Shown here: piece after piece, positions 49,601-63,117 of the stretch
Layout: every line of letters begins with the position of its first letter
How positions within the stretch are numbered: the first letter of the stretch is position 1
Assembly (NCBI RefSeq): GCF_030684315.1
Contig: NC_081371.1
Span: forward strand, 21,571,440-21,635,439
DNA length: 64,000 nt
Source: Stegostoma tigrinum
Lineage: Eukaryota
Direction: 5' to 3'
Notes under the pieces: generated by a model
Told to the model about the DNA's origin: nothing
What the model saw: only the letters and a program-made list of their open reading frames with translations
The model's database searches: none
Made by a program: the position numbers and the translations under genes

Positions 49601-52109
49601 CAGCAGAAAGTTAAATCATGTCTGTTCCTGGATAAGTATTCCTTTAACAATATGATAAATGTTAATTAGCTCCAAATCACCACTCTGACATTGACAATTA
49701 AATACGACAAGTATGGATTCTCACTCCTTGAGGTTTTAATTGTGGTTGTGAAATTTAAAAACTTTGAAATTTTCTGTCTCCCTTTTCTTGTCTCTATACA
49801 ATATTTCTTTGTTTTTCTTTCTCTACTGATCTAGCATTAAATTCACCCATTTTAATTTATACTTCTTTCTAAGTTCTTGTAGTGTTAATTTCATGATCGT
49901 TCAACAAGGTTGATTCAAGAGATAATTCTTAGCTGACTCAAGGCTGATAAATCTTTTCTATTGTTTAACTGTTTACTACAGAGTTCCAGTAAAATTTGTC
50001 TCATGCATTTTCTGCTGTTGGTTCTATTCACATATTACTCGCTGTCCTGCAGTATTACTTCTTTTTTCAGGGTTAGTACCTGTTTCCTTTCAGGATCAGA
50101 AACCTTGCACGTGGTTGCTCTATCTAATTTCCTACTTGCAGATTTGTAAATTGTGGTTTGTGGTTGGCAGCTTGACAACTCCATTATAATGAGGACTGGC
50201 TGCTCCATGAACCCTCGCATCCATAGCACTTATTGTCTACTTAGTTAATAACCATCATAAGTATTGTCCCTGTTATTGCCATTGGATATTTGTCAACATT
50301 AAAATTATTCTGATTTTCTCCCAAAACAGTCAGATGCTGTTTAACCAAGGAGTACCGGAAACACTTTTGATGACTTTGAAAGTTGAATGAGTTTGTGATT
50401 GTGTATTATTTTCAGTATTACTCTGTATTAATAAATATTTTCCACTGAAAATAAAGAATTAGTTGAGATTATTTTGTATATCATGATAAGGTAATGTGTA
50501 TGTTTGAGAGAAGCACTGAGCCCTGAGGGGAATAATAACTCGCAAAGCCACCCCACTGAGGAGAGACTTGTATGTCATGTGACCTCTTCATGGATGAAGT
50601 GCACAAATTAAAGTGGAAGCATACAGCTTGGATCTTCGATATCTCATGGATATCACCAATACAAAAACAGTAGATAAACTGGAAAAACTATGGTAAGTGT
50701 GGTGTTGAGAGATTGGAGGCTGGATTTTGTGGGCACACAAAAGCTGTAAAATTGGCTGCCATGCTATGGCCACTGATCTTGCCCACTTTATTTGCACCTT
50801 TACAACCTGTCCTGTGCATAGACTAGTTGGGGCCCTTTACAAGTCCGTTAAAGGCTTTCTCCCTCCACTGATGGGATTTAACCAATGACAACAAGCGACC
50901 AACAGCTTATTCAGACAGGCAGATTTTGGGCTGGTGCCTGGCCAGGGGTTGGTTGCCTCCTTAACAGGATCCTTGTGTCAACTGGAGGCAGTAAACCCCA
51001 ATGTTTTCTCAACCATTACCCCTAAGCCTGCCGATGATCCTATGCCATTTGTAGAGTTGGGGTGGAGGAGGTCAGTCTGTGATTGCACTGTCCTCCCCCA
51101 CCTGATACAAATTCCAACTCTTGGTATTTTGGACTGAATGCAACCTATGAATAATATGATTAAGGTACCCAATTTTGAGAAAAAAAACGTAGTTTAATCA
51201 GGTTATGCTGTTTGAGGTTGAATAAAGCAGATTTCTGAATATGTCACCTGGCCTCTTTGAAGTATATTGCAGTCACAGGGCAGAAAACTGTATTGGAAAG
51301 GTTGGATGTGGTGAGGAAATAGGATCTGCATTTGGCATCCATGTAAACAATAATCTCCATGATATCTATACCATTGAGAGATGTTGAAAATAATAGAATG
51401 ATACCTTGGTGACAAGTGGCAATTAGCATTTGAGGCATCATTACGCTGTGTGGCTAGTTTGGTTCATTGATGAATTCAAATAAATGTAATCAAAATATAT
51501 TCTTCCACAAAGCTGGATATTAAAAGGAATGTGAAAATAGGAACTGAAAATATAGTTACTTAAAATAATCTTTTTTTCTCATTCATGATTGTAATTTATT
51601 CTCTGGCAATTTTCTTGAATAATAATGGTCAGGTAATCTAATAACCCATGTTAAGATTGTTTCACTGTGAGCATTAAGTTCTGTGAGTTCCCAAGCTCCC
51701 TGGAATTCCCCCAGTGGATGTGATTTGAAAAGTGCATTCTTTTTATGATTTGATCTTAATCAAATTAAGCAGGGGTCTCCTTCTGGTTACAAAATGTCAG
51801 GTAGGGTCTGTGATTTCCAAACCTACCCCCATCATTGATTAAATTTCTTTGTTATTGGCTTGGTTCAATATGAAAGAACCGATGGAAATGTATTCCAGCA
51901 TAATTGTAATTGGGACATGGAGACACAGCCACACATACAGTGCTCCTCAGACAAGTGAAGGTATGTGGAATCCATGGATAAATTATGTTGTATGCTCCAA
52001 GTAAGTGTATGGTTGGATTCCACGGGTAATGGATAGGATTAAAGTTGGAGTGAAATATAAGTATTTTAATGCCTGTACCAGATTGATAACTGTTGCATCT
52101 TAATAATTT

Positions 52110-53262
52110 AATATAGGTCATTGACATCTTATGTTGGCAAATCTACAGCTTTTGGTGAAGCCCCATATAAGAGGTTAATGTACAAACTTAAAGTATAAGG
52201 CGTTGGGTATATGATACTAATATGGATTGAGAATTAATTAGCAGACAGGAAATAAAGAGTAGGAATAAAAAGGTCTTTCTGGTATTGAAGTTCTGATTTG
52301 TGCAGTACCATGTGGATCAGGCCCTAGCTATCCACAATATATTCCAATGATTTGAATGAGTGAATTAAATGTAGTAGTTTCAACTTTGCAAATGACACAA
52401 AACCGGGTAGGTTTATGAGTGGCAAGAGGAAAGCAAAGCGACTTCAAGGCAATTCAGACAAGTTGAGTGAATGGGTAAATGCATGGCAGATGCATGATAA
52501 TGCAGATAAAAGGGAAGTTGTCCCCTTCTGTCAGACTAATAACATGGCAGCAATTTACTTAAATGGTATTAGATTGCTTTTGATGTAAAAAGGGATCTGG
52601 GTATCCTTGTACAACAGTCAGTAATAGCTAACATGGTGGTACATCAAGCAGTTAGGAATGCAAATGTTACTTTAGTCTTCATTACAATGGCATTTGAATG
52701 CACGAACAGGAGTTTCTTGCTACTGTTGTTAAGGGCCTTCATGAGTATTGTGGAGTATTGTGGGTAGTTTTCATTGCCTTATCTAAAAAAAGATATACTG
52801 CCATAGAAGAGTTTAGCAAAAGTTTACCAAGCTGATTCCTGGGATGTCAGGTTTGTCATATAAGGGGGTTAGCTTGACTAAGCCTGTATTCAATGGAATT
52901 TAGAAGAATGAGAGGGGATTAAATTATAACACACAAAATTCTGACAGGACGCAGGCATGATATTCCTCCTTGCCTGGCGTGTCCACTTAGACCATTTAGG
53001 ACTAAGATGAGAGAGAGAAAGAGAAATTTCCTAACTGAGATGGTGGTGACTCTGTTGAATTCTGTACCACATATGGGGGTGGAGACCAAGTCACTGAATA
53101 TCTTTAAGAAAGAAATCGGTTGCATCATAAACAGTAAAAGTGTCAAGGGATAAGAAGAGAGTGCAGGGGTATGGCTTGACATAGGGGATCAGCCATGATC
53201 ATGGGAGAACAGACTCAATTGGCCAAGACTACACTTGCTCCTATTTTATATGTTTCCATGTT
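52110..53262 (+). mobile_element. CR1 LINE (RT to 3' end), decayed
   Basis: FANDTK (52386), tgggtaaatgcatggcagatg (W..WQM), gatctgggtatccttgta (DLGILV), and tail cttgctcctattttatatgtttccatgtttc. Confidence 0.8.
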
Positions 53263-54202
53263 TCTAGTGCACATTATCATTTAATAGTTGATTGTTCCAG
53301 AGCAAATCGTAACTGAATATGTTAAACACTTATAACAAGTAGAATATGATGTCACTGAGGTTGTCATTAGGGGATTAATTGTCATTGCCCCTGACCAGAA
53401 GGCAAACAGATTTCCTGTATACACTGAAGCAAGGTGATCAAGTTATAAAATAACTTCAGGTAACAAGAAACAATGCATCAATTTTGCCAAGAGCTACACA
53501 AGTGATCACAACTGTTTTAGTGACGAGGAAACTACTTTTCAATACAATAGGAAAGAAGTGTTAGGTTAATCTTTTAAATTGGACAATTAAGGTTTTTCTA
53601 TGCAATTATGTTATAAATTTACAAATATACAGTGTAAGAACTAAATGGAATAACAATTCTAAGCCACTTGTTCGCAATAGTTTATTGTGGTCTTCTTGCA
53701 TCTACAGTTTTGGGAGAGTCTGAATATTGTGCTTTCAACAGTCTGGCTTAGACTGGGTATAAGGATTTCTCCTTTCAACTGTCTATGTGTGAACAAAAAT
53801 GTTGAAATTTCATTTTTCACAAAATTGTAGTAATGTTATTCTAAATCAATGGTAAGAACAATGAGAAGCACATTTTAGCAGTGAATCAGTTACATAATTC
53901 AACTACTTTCACAACAACATTCTGAGGTCAAGACGGAATTAATATCTAGATACACATATCTGAACACAAAGTGCTATAACTAAGCACCTGAATTTCTTAA
54001 CATTTGCAAAGAATTGTCTCTGTCCAAAAAGAAAGAACTTTTAACACTAATTTTAAAGTTGTGATATCTGACAACACTGGTTAGAAATAAAGTTGACACT
54101 GTTTAGGCTGAAGTTATCAGACTCACATATCCCGTAACAGTCTTAACTCCGATGTTAATAAATTTTCATGGGCTGTATTGTAGTATAATGAATTCATATA
54201 AT

Positions 54203-54517
54203 AGTGGCCCAGTGGTTAGCATTGCTGCCTCACAGTGCCAGGGACCCAGGTTCGATTCCATACTCGGGCAACTGTCTGTGTGGAGTTTGCACATTCTCTG
54301 CGCCTGTGTGGATTTTCTCCAGGTGCTCCAGTTTCCTCCCACAGTCCAAAGATGTGCAGGCCAGATGGATTGGCCGTGCGAAATTGCCCATAATGTTCAG
54401 GGATGTGTAGATTAGGTGGGTTATAGAGGGATGGGTCTGGGTGGGATGCTCTGAGCGTCGGTGTGGACTTGTAGGGCTGAAGGCCCTATTTCCAAACTGT
54501 AGGGCTTGTGTGATTCT
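54203..54517 (+). mobile_element. HE1-type V-SINE
   Basis: A box tggcccagtgg, B box ggttcgattcc; V-domain and tail as in 7404-7718. Confidence 0.88.
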
Positions 54518-54559
54518 TGTATGTATGTATGATTATATATCAATGAGGTCAGACCATAT

Positions 54560-55200
54560 GGAACTGGGACCCAAGTGTGTGAGATAGAGTGGGAAATAAA
54601 AGGGCAGACAGACTGTCAACAGGAATGGGGGGAAGAAAGAAAGACCATGCAGTTGCCACTATTGAAAGATCAGATTGGCCCAGCCGGTAATACTGAGTGG
54701 CATAAGTGCTATGAAAGAGACCATTTTCAGAATGGTATCAGGAGGATGGAAAGATAAAAATAGACTGCAACAGTCAGTGAGTGTCCAACGATTTGAGGAT
54801 ATTGAGATGCAGGATGTATTCTTCTCAGAGGATATAACGATGACATCAGATAATTCCTTCTATCCAAATTTAACAGATCCACTACAAGCTTTCTGCTACC
54901 CTGATTTTGCAGATTTATAGGATGAATTCTGGTTTGCCATAGTTAATGGCAAGAGAACTAAATGTATTTTGGATACAGGAACTGTGGTATCGATTCTTTC
55001 AGATTTCAAACTGTGGCTGAAGCCTAAGCTTTTTTAACCATCTAATAATCAGTTACTGAGCCTTGGAGCTATTCCAGTAAGAATGCGAGGGCAGGTGACC
55101 GCTACTCTGTGCTATAATGGGAGAAATACCACCAATATTCTAGTAATCCCTGATCATCATTATTTCTGTTTTAACAGAAATGCTTGTATAGTTTTTTTGT
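54560..55200 (+). mobile_element. Gypsy gag-protease remnant
   Basis: GPAGNTEWHKCYERDHF (degenerate CCHC knuckle, ORF 54575..54757), then IVNGKRTKCILDTGTVVSILSD (aspartic protease DTG) at ~54939-55004. Confidence 0.65.
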
Positions 55201-56139
55201 TCAGCAGCAGCAAAAGAAGTAAATCATGCTCCATTACACTCTGAATCAACCTTCATTGATGAAACTCTGTCCTTAGGACCATAGAAATGAGTTTGTGGTT
55301 CCTTCATTTTTGGAGAGAAGAGTGCCTGGCAATGATAACCATATTGATATAGATGCTTTGTTGAAGAAGAAAGCCCTGGATCTGACTGTGCTCAATGAAT
55401 ACAGCACAGATACTTGCAACCTTTGTGAAGTTTCTGCTATCCAATTGAGTAAAGTCACACTTGTTCACAAAATTATACAGAGTTGCTTTTGTGCCATAAT
55501 TCCACTGAAAACACCAAACCCACAAAACAATAACTACAACCTGATACATCAACCCCTTTACCTGAAGAAATACTAAAACTATGATCCTTCCTATTGCCAC
55601 AGTGGCTGTTAGAGAGGAAAAAAAAATCACAATCAATGAATGAGGAACTTCCGATTGAGGAAACAGCATTTTTAAGTAAAAGACAAGATTTTTAATGCAC
55701 ACATTAACAAAATGGTCAGGAAAGGGAAGTCTTAGAGATTGAAAAAGAAATGTTTTAATGGAAATCAAATGTTTGCAGCAACTTGTTGATGAGTGAACAC
55801 CAGAAAATAAAGCCCTCCAAATCCCACATTAGAGAGCTTCAGATAGAGGTTCATATGAACATGTGAATAAACACAACTGCTTCAAGAACAGGAAGAATTG
55901 TTACCAGTCCAGAGAAAGAACATTAGAGAAGAATGGGAGCTTAATAACCAAAATGCAAAAGTTTATAGAAAATTTTCACAGTTATATTCAGAGACATCCA
56001 TTGCCCTGTGAAACTGCCAAGAGAAAGAATTACTCTGATGGAGAAACATGACTCTCTTTCTTAGATGTTTAAAGTTTGAAACTCAGTGGGCAGTTTCAGC
56101 TAAGCAGAATACTTTCCTGCAACCAGCAATATTAACTTA

Positions 56140-56242
56140 CATAAACACAAACAAATGCTGGAGAATTTCAGCAGGTGTGGCTGCATCTATGAAGAGAGAA
56201 ACAGAGTTAATTGTTCAAGTCTAATATGATTCTTCTTCAGAA
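56140..56242 (-). mobile_element. Old PLE terminus with degenerate hammerhead
   Basis: Minus strand ttctgaagaagaatcatattagacttgaacaattaactctgtttctctct...gatgcagccacacctgctgaaattctccagcattt. Confidence 0.55.
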
Positions 56243-56407
56243 GGATTAACTTATATTTGTGAAACAAAATCCCATGATAGAGAAGAGAGATCTTGTTTAA
56301 AGTTTGAAGAAGGCTATCCTGGATAAACAAGCCCTCAATAATAAAGAGATCAACTGCAAAACTATGACATTTTGAAGAAGGAATTCGAGAAAATCTGACA
56401 GAACATG

Positions 56408-56503
56408 GCAGCACGGTGGCTCAGTGGTTAGCACTGCTGCCTCAAAGCGCCAGGGACCCAGGTTCGATTCTAGCCTCGGGTGACTGTGTGGAGTTTGCAC
56501 GTT
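56408..56503 (+). mobile_element. Truncated HE1-type SINE head
   Basis: ggcagcacggtggctcagtggttagcactgctgcctc...ggttcgattc...gtggagtttgcac. Confidence 0.85.
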
Positions 56504-56599
56504 TGTGCCTGTTAGATTCTGGAAATCCCATCCTTTGTGTATACTGTTAGGCTAAAGGCACCAATGGTACATTAGTCTCCTTCTCTTCAGTTGTCAGGC

Positions 56600-57990
56600 G
56601 CTCTCTCTACCTTCCCCATGCTCCAACTCCAACCCTTCCTCGGTATCATATGAGGGGTGCAGCTGACCATAATTATCCTAGGGAACCTTGATGAGGCATC
56701 CTGCAGGACATCCAGATTTGTGAAGACACTGGAAAGACACTTGTAGCAAACCAATAGCTTCCTGATGGTTGCAAAGATTGTGAAATGGGTCCTGACATAT
56801 CTCTCCTGAATTTCTGTGGTTGGATTCCTCACTGGAGTTAGCAGCTAGGTCTTGAATGTTGTCTCCTAGGAGCCAACCATTGAGGCTGTTTGTTGGAGTG
56901 AATGCTGGTAAAAGTTGAGACTGTCAGAGGATGAAAGAGTTATGAAAGTTGCCTGGATATTTGGCACAGACATGTTTAACATTCTTGTGATGGATCATTG
57001 ACAAGCTGCCTATTCAGGAAGTGGAAACTCGTGTGTGTTCTGATGACTCCTCGATTGCCACAAAAGTTGAATCATCCTCTGCACTGGTGGAAATCCTGAC
57101 ATTGAAGCAAAGCTGACAGCTATCTGGGCTTGATTCACCTCACTACATCAAAGTGAATATCACTGGAGGCCTTGGCTAATGAAAGAGAAGGGACTTGATT
57201 GGTGCAGTGTGGGCACTAAATTGTGAAATCTTGAAGATGTCACTTGAAGATCCCTGGAAGAAATTAGAAGTGAGGAAATTGATGGTTGTGGTCCCATTGA
57301 CAGCCACAGGCAAGGTATGGCTGTCTGCTGCTCCCCTCGGCCAGACGTCTGCCTCCAAAATGACTTGCTTTGTTCAGAGAAATGAAGCAAGCTGATTCTT
57401 GGTACACCAGCTGTATGGAGGGATCATTGTCTCCTTTGTGGTGCAGCTCTATCTCCATTCTCTGTTCTGTGGAGCTGCATCTGGTTATGGAGAAGGCAGC
57501 TACTGCTTGAGCATCTCAATGTTGTTAAGGCTGCAGGTACTCCTCAGGAATAGCAATGCAGGTAAGAATTTCATGTTAACTATAATGGACTCAGTTGCCA
57601 TTCCCAAAGATAGGAGTGAAAGATATAATCCTTTCACTGTGGCAAACCACAGACATGCTGATTTTCTGTGCTGATACTGTTGCCAGCAGGTCAGTGTCAT
57701 TCAACAATGACTTTCCATGGTACACTCACCTTCTGCAAGCTACGTACTGGCAGGGAATGCCATAATGCAAAACGTAGATGCCTTTTAAGTTCCCTTAATT
57801 GGTTTCCTGCCAGTTGCAAGGAGATTTCTCCCTGGCTTCAGACCCTGAGGAATGTCAGAAGAAGATGGCAGGGCTCCAGGATCACAGCAGCACCAATTTC
57901 TGGGGAATTGACTCTCATTCCTGCAAACCTGCCATCCGCTGCATGAAAACAATAAACTTTGTGGATCCCAACATTACAAGTTAATTTGGG
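56600..57990 (-). mobile_element. Possible decayed Gypsy pol remnant
   Basis: Weak RT/RNase H-like fragments (SIQLVYQES..SHFGGRRL; THFTIFATIRKLL..DASSRFPR) with many disruptions. Confidence 0.35.
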
Positions 57991-58259
57991 AATAGTTGTG
58001 CCCAATTAATGATTTAAGGTCAGACAGGAAATCTCAGAGCACTGAGGTGGTCCCAGGTTTGTGAGTTAGAGAGGTAGATGGGAGAGAATCTGAAAACTGA
58101 CTTGCGTACAAATAATGCGACTGTGGAGCAGTCAATTGTGGAGGGAGCATCATGAACAGCCATAAAATGGCTAACTTCGGAATAGATTTTTAACATAACA
58201 GAAACAAGTTCAAATAATACAAAGGACTACACACATTGAATTGAGCTGAACAGTTGAAA

Positions 58260-59650
58260 TTAGGGCCAAGGTGGCTGAAAGGCATGATAACCAGTGGTGG
58301 AGAGATTAATATCAAAGATGTATAGTGCACCACAATTAGAGGAGTACAGATATCTCCCAAACTTGTAGGATGAAATGTCAGAGATAGGAGGGGCAAGACC
58401 ATTGATGAATTTAAAAATGAAAGTGAGAATTTAAAATTGGGACATTAATGATCTGGGGAGCCTGTAAGTATTAACAGGGGCAGGCGTGGTAAAATAATGA
58501 CCCTGGAAACAAATTGAAATGTGGACAGCAGAGTTTTGAATGAAATTTCTCCAGGGGAAAAGATGGGAAGTACGCCAGGATGGCATTGGAATTAGCGAGC
58601 GGAGAAGTATCAAAGGCATGAATGAGAATTTAGGCAAGAGATGGACTGAGGAAAGATTGCAGTCAAACGACATTTCAAAATGGGAGTAGGCAGTCTTGGT
58701 GTAGGTTCAGATATGTGGGAAAGTTTGGAAACAGTATTTTAACAGTTTAACAAAGTTATATCAGGGTTAGCTATGTTTAACAGGCAACTGAGATTGTGGC
58801 TGAACCAACAGCAGCAACAACAACAACTTATACTCATATAGCACCTTTGGTGTAATGAAAAGCCTCTAGGCACTTCACAGGAGCATTACAAAACAAAGTT
58901 TGAAACTGAGCTACAGGAGGTGATATTAGGTTAAACATCCATATGCTTGATCAGCCAGGTTTTAAGGAGTGTCTGGAAGGATAAAAAGTGAGGCAGAAAG
59001 GCAAAGAGAAATAGGGAGGGAATTCCAGAACTTGGGACCTAGACATCTGAGGACTCCACCAATGATGGAGTGATTGAATTTGGGAATGCATAATAGGTCG
59101 GCATTAGAGAAGCGCAGATATCTCAGGGCTGCTGAACCAGAGGAGATTATAGAGGTTGGGAGGAGCAAGGTTATGGAGTGATGTGTAAACAAGCATGAGA
59201 ATTTTAAAATCTAGACATTTGCTTGACTAGGGATCAGTGCAAGTCATAAGATTTCAGGGATGTTAAAGGAATGGCACTTGCTGTGAGTTAAGGCACATGC
59301 AGCTAAATTTGGTCAACATCAAGTTATGGACAGTAGAATTTGGGAGACTGGGCAGGATTGTGTTAGAATAGTCCAGTCTAGAGGTAACAAAGACATGGGT
59401 GAAGGTTTCAGCAGCTGATGACTTGAGATGGGATGAATTCAAACATTGTTACACACGTAGAAATGGGTCCATCTTTGTTGTGCACATGTATTAGGTTGCA
59501 AGCTCCTTTTGGGATCAAGTGTGATTCCAGTGTCAAGAACTGGTTTAATCTCTGACTGCTGTCAGTGAGGGAATTGAAGCTGACAAATAGGAAACAAAAT
59601 TTTGAGTAGGAACTGAAAATAATTATTTCAGTCTTTCCAATACTTAATTG
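58260..59650 (-). mobile_element. L2 LINE fragments (3' end near 58820)
   Basis: ORF 58962..59192 LRFSNADLLCIPKF..IGG..CLGPKFWNSLP is the L2 ORF2 C-terminus; (caa)n tail at ~58805-58827. Confidence 0.75.
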
Positions 59651-59669
59651 TAGGATATTTCTGTGAAGA

Positions 59670-60760
59670 AGAGATAAGTAATAGGAGACAGGATAGGCCC
59701 TTTCAGATCATCAAGTCTGCTCTGATTGTGGCCTTAACTCCACTTTCCTGCCTGACTGTACTACCCTCAACTTTCTTGTCAATTAAAGTCAGTGTCTTCA
59801 TCCAGTCATTAATATAAAACATAAATAACTGAGGCCACAGCACCGATCCCTGCAACACCTCACTTATACAGTTTGTCAACCTGAAAACAGCTACTTCGCT
59901 CTGAATTTGTTTTTATGAATTAGCCAATCCTCTGGTAATGTTAAAAATATCACCCCTCCTCCCCATCTGCACCCCGAGCATCATGAGCTCTTACCTTATA
60001 CGGTGGCCCTTTTATGTGGCAAGTATTCAAATGGTTTTTGGGAATCTAATTACATTGCAAAAACCAATCACCCCTTACCAACCCTGCTTGTTACTCCTCA
60101 AAAAAAACCTCATTTTTTAATCAAACATTATTCCCCTTTCATAATCCCATGATGAATGTACCTGAGAAGATGAGAATTTTGTAAACATCATGCTGCCTTC
60201 TGCGATTGTCACCATGACAGCCATCATCAATTGTTGTAAAAACCCATCTGCTTCGTTCATGTTCTTTGCCCTGGTCTGGCCTACATATGACTCCAAACCT
60301 AAACTCACCTCTGAAATATTGTAGCAACATTCAATTCAAACGCAGTTTGGGATGGCTAGAAAATGTCATCTTACCAGTGATGCTGGCATCACATGAAATA
60401 ATAAAAAGAAAGTTAGACTAGCTGACGAACTGTCCTTTCTTGAATAGTAGCGTTATATTTGCAACTTTTCAAACCCCTGAAACTTTCCAGCATCTAGGGG
60501 ATTTTGGAAAATTACAGCCAATATATTCATTATCTCTGCAGCCAATTCCGAAAATACCCTAAGATTGGGCTCAAGGGACTTTTAGTTCTGTTAGTTTTCC
60601 TAATACTTTTCCCCTAGTGATCAGAATGAAAAGTCCCTTGAACCCAATAGCCTACATCTTAGGGGATTTTATACTTCTCTTGGGATGAGTGTTGTACATT
60701 CTACCACAAATACTTGTTCAAAATTTCTGCTATTTTCTCAAACTCATTGCAACTACCTAT
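59670..60760 (-). mobile_element. CR1 LINE fragments interrupted by a SINE-like element
   Basis: taataggagacaggataggccctttcag tail; gaggccacagcaccgatccctgcaacacc is the reverse of GVAGIGAVAS / GVPQGSVLGP-like sequence. Confidence 0.55.
60165..60410 (+). mobile_element. SINE-like element sharing head and tail with the LINE at 23022-26378
   Basis: aaacccatctgcttc...ctggtctggcctacatatgactcca...gggatggctagaaatg...gtgatgctggcatcacatgaaataataaaaag; reverse-complement match to 21362-21560. Confidence 0.65.
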
Positions 60761-61639
60761 AGTGTTTGCAAAATCTAAAGGCATGGTGAAAAAATACAAT
60801 GGAAAACAATACCTTCAAACTGCTTTTAAATTTACCCAAGTCCATCGTAGGTATTATGTGAAAAACTGCTTTGGATGAAAGTGATTCCCACATGTGGTAA
60901 GATTGTTCCTATGAACCAAGTAAATTTGTTATCTTTCTTGTTAAATTCTTCTATGAAGTATTAGCAGAACAAATATTTAACATTCAATGTATTCATGAGA
61001 TTCAATTTCTGATCTTACCTATGAAAGGGATAGATGTCAATGCGACATGTTGTAGGTTTGAACCTAGTGGTTATGCATTTTTTTAAGGTTTTACCTTGTG
61101 ATTTGCTTCATTAGTAGCCAGGAGGTAGGGTCTGTTACTGTATCCGGTGAATTTACTGCCAAAATGTTTGTCTGAGGCTTGAGTGGTGGTGGTGATAATC
61201 TACTACTAACAAGTTTTTCCCTCAAAATCACAGGCACTTTGACGTATGAATGATCTTGTCATTTTATTCTATACAATGTCTTTACCTAATTTAATCTTCT
61301 GATCTTTGAGCTTCCTTTCAGGTTTCGGTGTTCCATTTTTTTATTCTTTTGTCTAACTGATGCAATCGTAACTCTAGTGGATGCAGCACAGAGATAGTAG
61401 GGACCTTTGCCATCACACTTGTCTGCATGAAAGCCTGTTGAGGTGTTAGTGCAGGACATGAAGCTGATCCTACAGAAACAATTATATCTGTTAAAAGCTC
61501 AGGCACATTTGCAGCTCTTGTCCTTGGCTTTAATTGCTGGTCACATCACTATATTTTACCATCCCTTGGTCTTTTAATGCATCAATACTAGTTCTTTGAT
61601 TAGAGGAATGAAGTGGTGGTGCTGCTTATCAAGTACTTG

Positions 61640-61995
61640 GTGTCAGATAGAAGTCTGACACCAAATACTGAAGGGGAATGCTGAGGTACAGCTGTATGCT
61701 GTCAATGCACATGTGAAAACCACATTGTGTCTTAAAACAATGCCATTGAGGGGCAAATTATGGATGAGAAAGAGGAATTCACCAAAGTTAGATCTTTTAG
61801 AGAATTCCAATGGCAAGGGTGTTGGAGCAGGAAAATAAACCATTGCCAATTATTCTCTGTTGGTGATTCAAGATATTATTATGGAACCAGATGAGAGCAG
61901 TCATGCCATGTTGGATGGCAGTACAAAAATGTTGTCAACAAAAATATGGTCAACTATGTCAATGGATGCAGATAGGTTGAAAAAGACAGGTAAGG
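61640..61995 (-). mobile_element. L2 RT remnant
   Basis: ORF 61643..61849 FGEFLFLIHNLPLNGIVLRHNVVF resembles L2 LGPLLFLIYMLPLGxIIRxHxVxF. Confidence 0.55.
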
Positions 61996-62071
61996 TAAAT
62001 TAACCTTTGTAATAGAATGTGAGGCTGGATGAACACAGCAGGCCAAGCAGCATCTCAGGAGCACAAAAGCT

Positions 62072-62099
62072 GATGTTTCGGGCCTAGACCCTTCATCAG
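62072..62099 (-). ncRNA. Minimal hammerhead ribozyme motif
   Basis: Minus strand CTGATGAAGGGTCTAGGCCCGAAACATC (ACGT changed to ACAT, consistent with CpG decay). Confidence 0.6.
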
Positions 62100-63089
62100 A
62101 GAGGGGGATGGGGAGAGGGAACTGGAATAAATAGGGAGAGAGGGGGAGGCGGACCGAAGATGGAGAGTAAAGAAGATAGGTGGAGAGAGTATAGGTGGGG
62201 AGGTAGGGAGGGGATAGGTCAGTCCAGGGAGGACGGACAGGTCAAGGAGGTGGGATGAGGTTAGTAGGTAGATGGGGGTGCGGCTTGGGGTGGGAGGAAG
62301 GGATGGGTGAGAGGAAGAACCGGTTAGGGAGGCAGAGACAGGTTGGACTGGTTTTGGGATGCAGTGGGTGGAGGGGACGAACTGGGCTGTTTATGGGATG
62401 CGGTGGGGGAAGGGGAGATTTTGAAGCTGGTGAAGTCCACATTGATACCATATGGCTGCAGGGTTCCCAGGTGGAATATGAGTTGCTGTTCCTGCAACCT
62501 TCGGGTGGCATCATTGTGGCAGTGCAGGAGGCCCATGATGGACATGTCATCTAGAGAATGGGAGGGGGAGTGGAAATGGTTTGCGACTGGGAGGTGCAGC
62601 GACATGTCCATCATGGGCCTCCTGCACTGCCACAATGATGCCACCCGAAGGTTGCAGGAACAGCAACTCATATTCCGCCTGGGAACCCTGCAGCCATATG
62701 GTATTAATGTGGACTTCACCAGTTTCAAAATCTCCCCTTCCCCTACTGCATCCCTAAACCAGCCCAGTTCGTCCCCTCCCCCCACTGCACCACACAACCA
62801 GCCCAGCTCTTCCCCCCCCACCCACTGCATCCCAAAACCAGTCCAACCTGTCTCTGCCTCCCTAACCGGTTCTTCCTCTCACCCATCCCTTCCTCCCACC
62901 CGAAGCCGCACCCCCATCTACCTACTAACCTCATCCCACCTCCTTGACCTGCCCGTCTTCCCTGGACTGACCTATCCCCTCCCTACCTCCCCACCTATAC
63001 TCTCTCCACCTATCTTCTTTACTCTCCATCGTCGGTCCGCCTCCCCCTCTCTCCCTATTTATTCCAGTTCCCTCTCCCCATCCCCCTCT

Positions 63090-63117
63090 CTGATGAAGGG
63101 TCTAGGCCTGAAACGTC
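63090..63117 (+). ncRNA. Minimal hammerhead ribozyme motif
   Basis: CTGATGAAGGGTCTAGGCCTGAAACGTC (closing C of stem II changed to T). Confidence 0.6.

Noticed and set aside
50718-51120. Harbinger-like MITE bounded by ggctggattt / aaattccaac (similar weak pair at 17591-17681)
   Set aside because: The terminal repeats are too short and mismatched to support without a consensus search.
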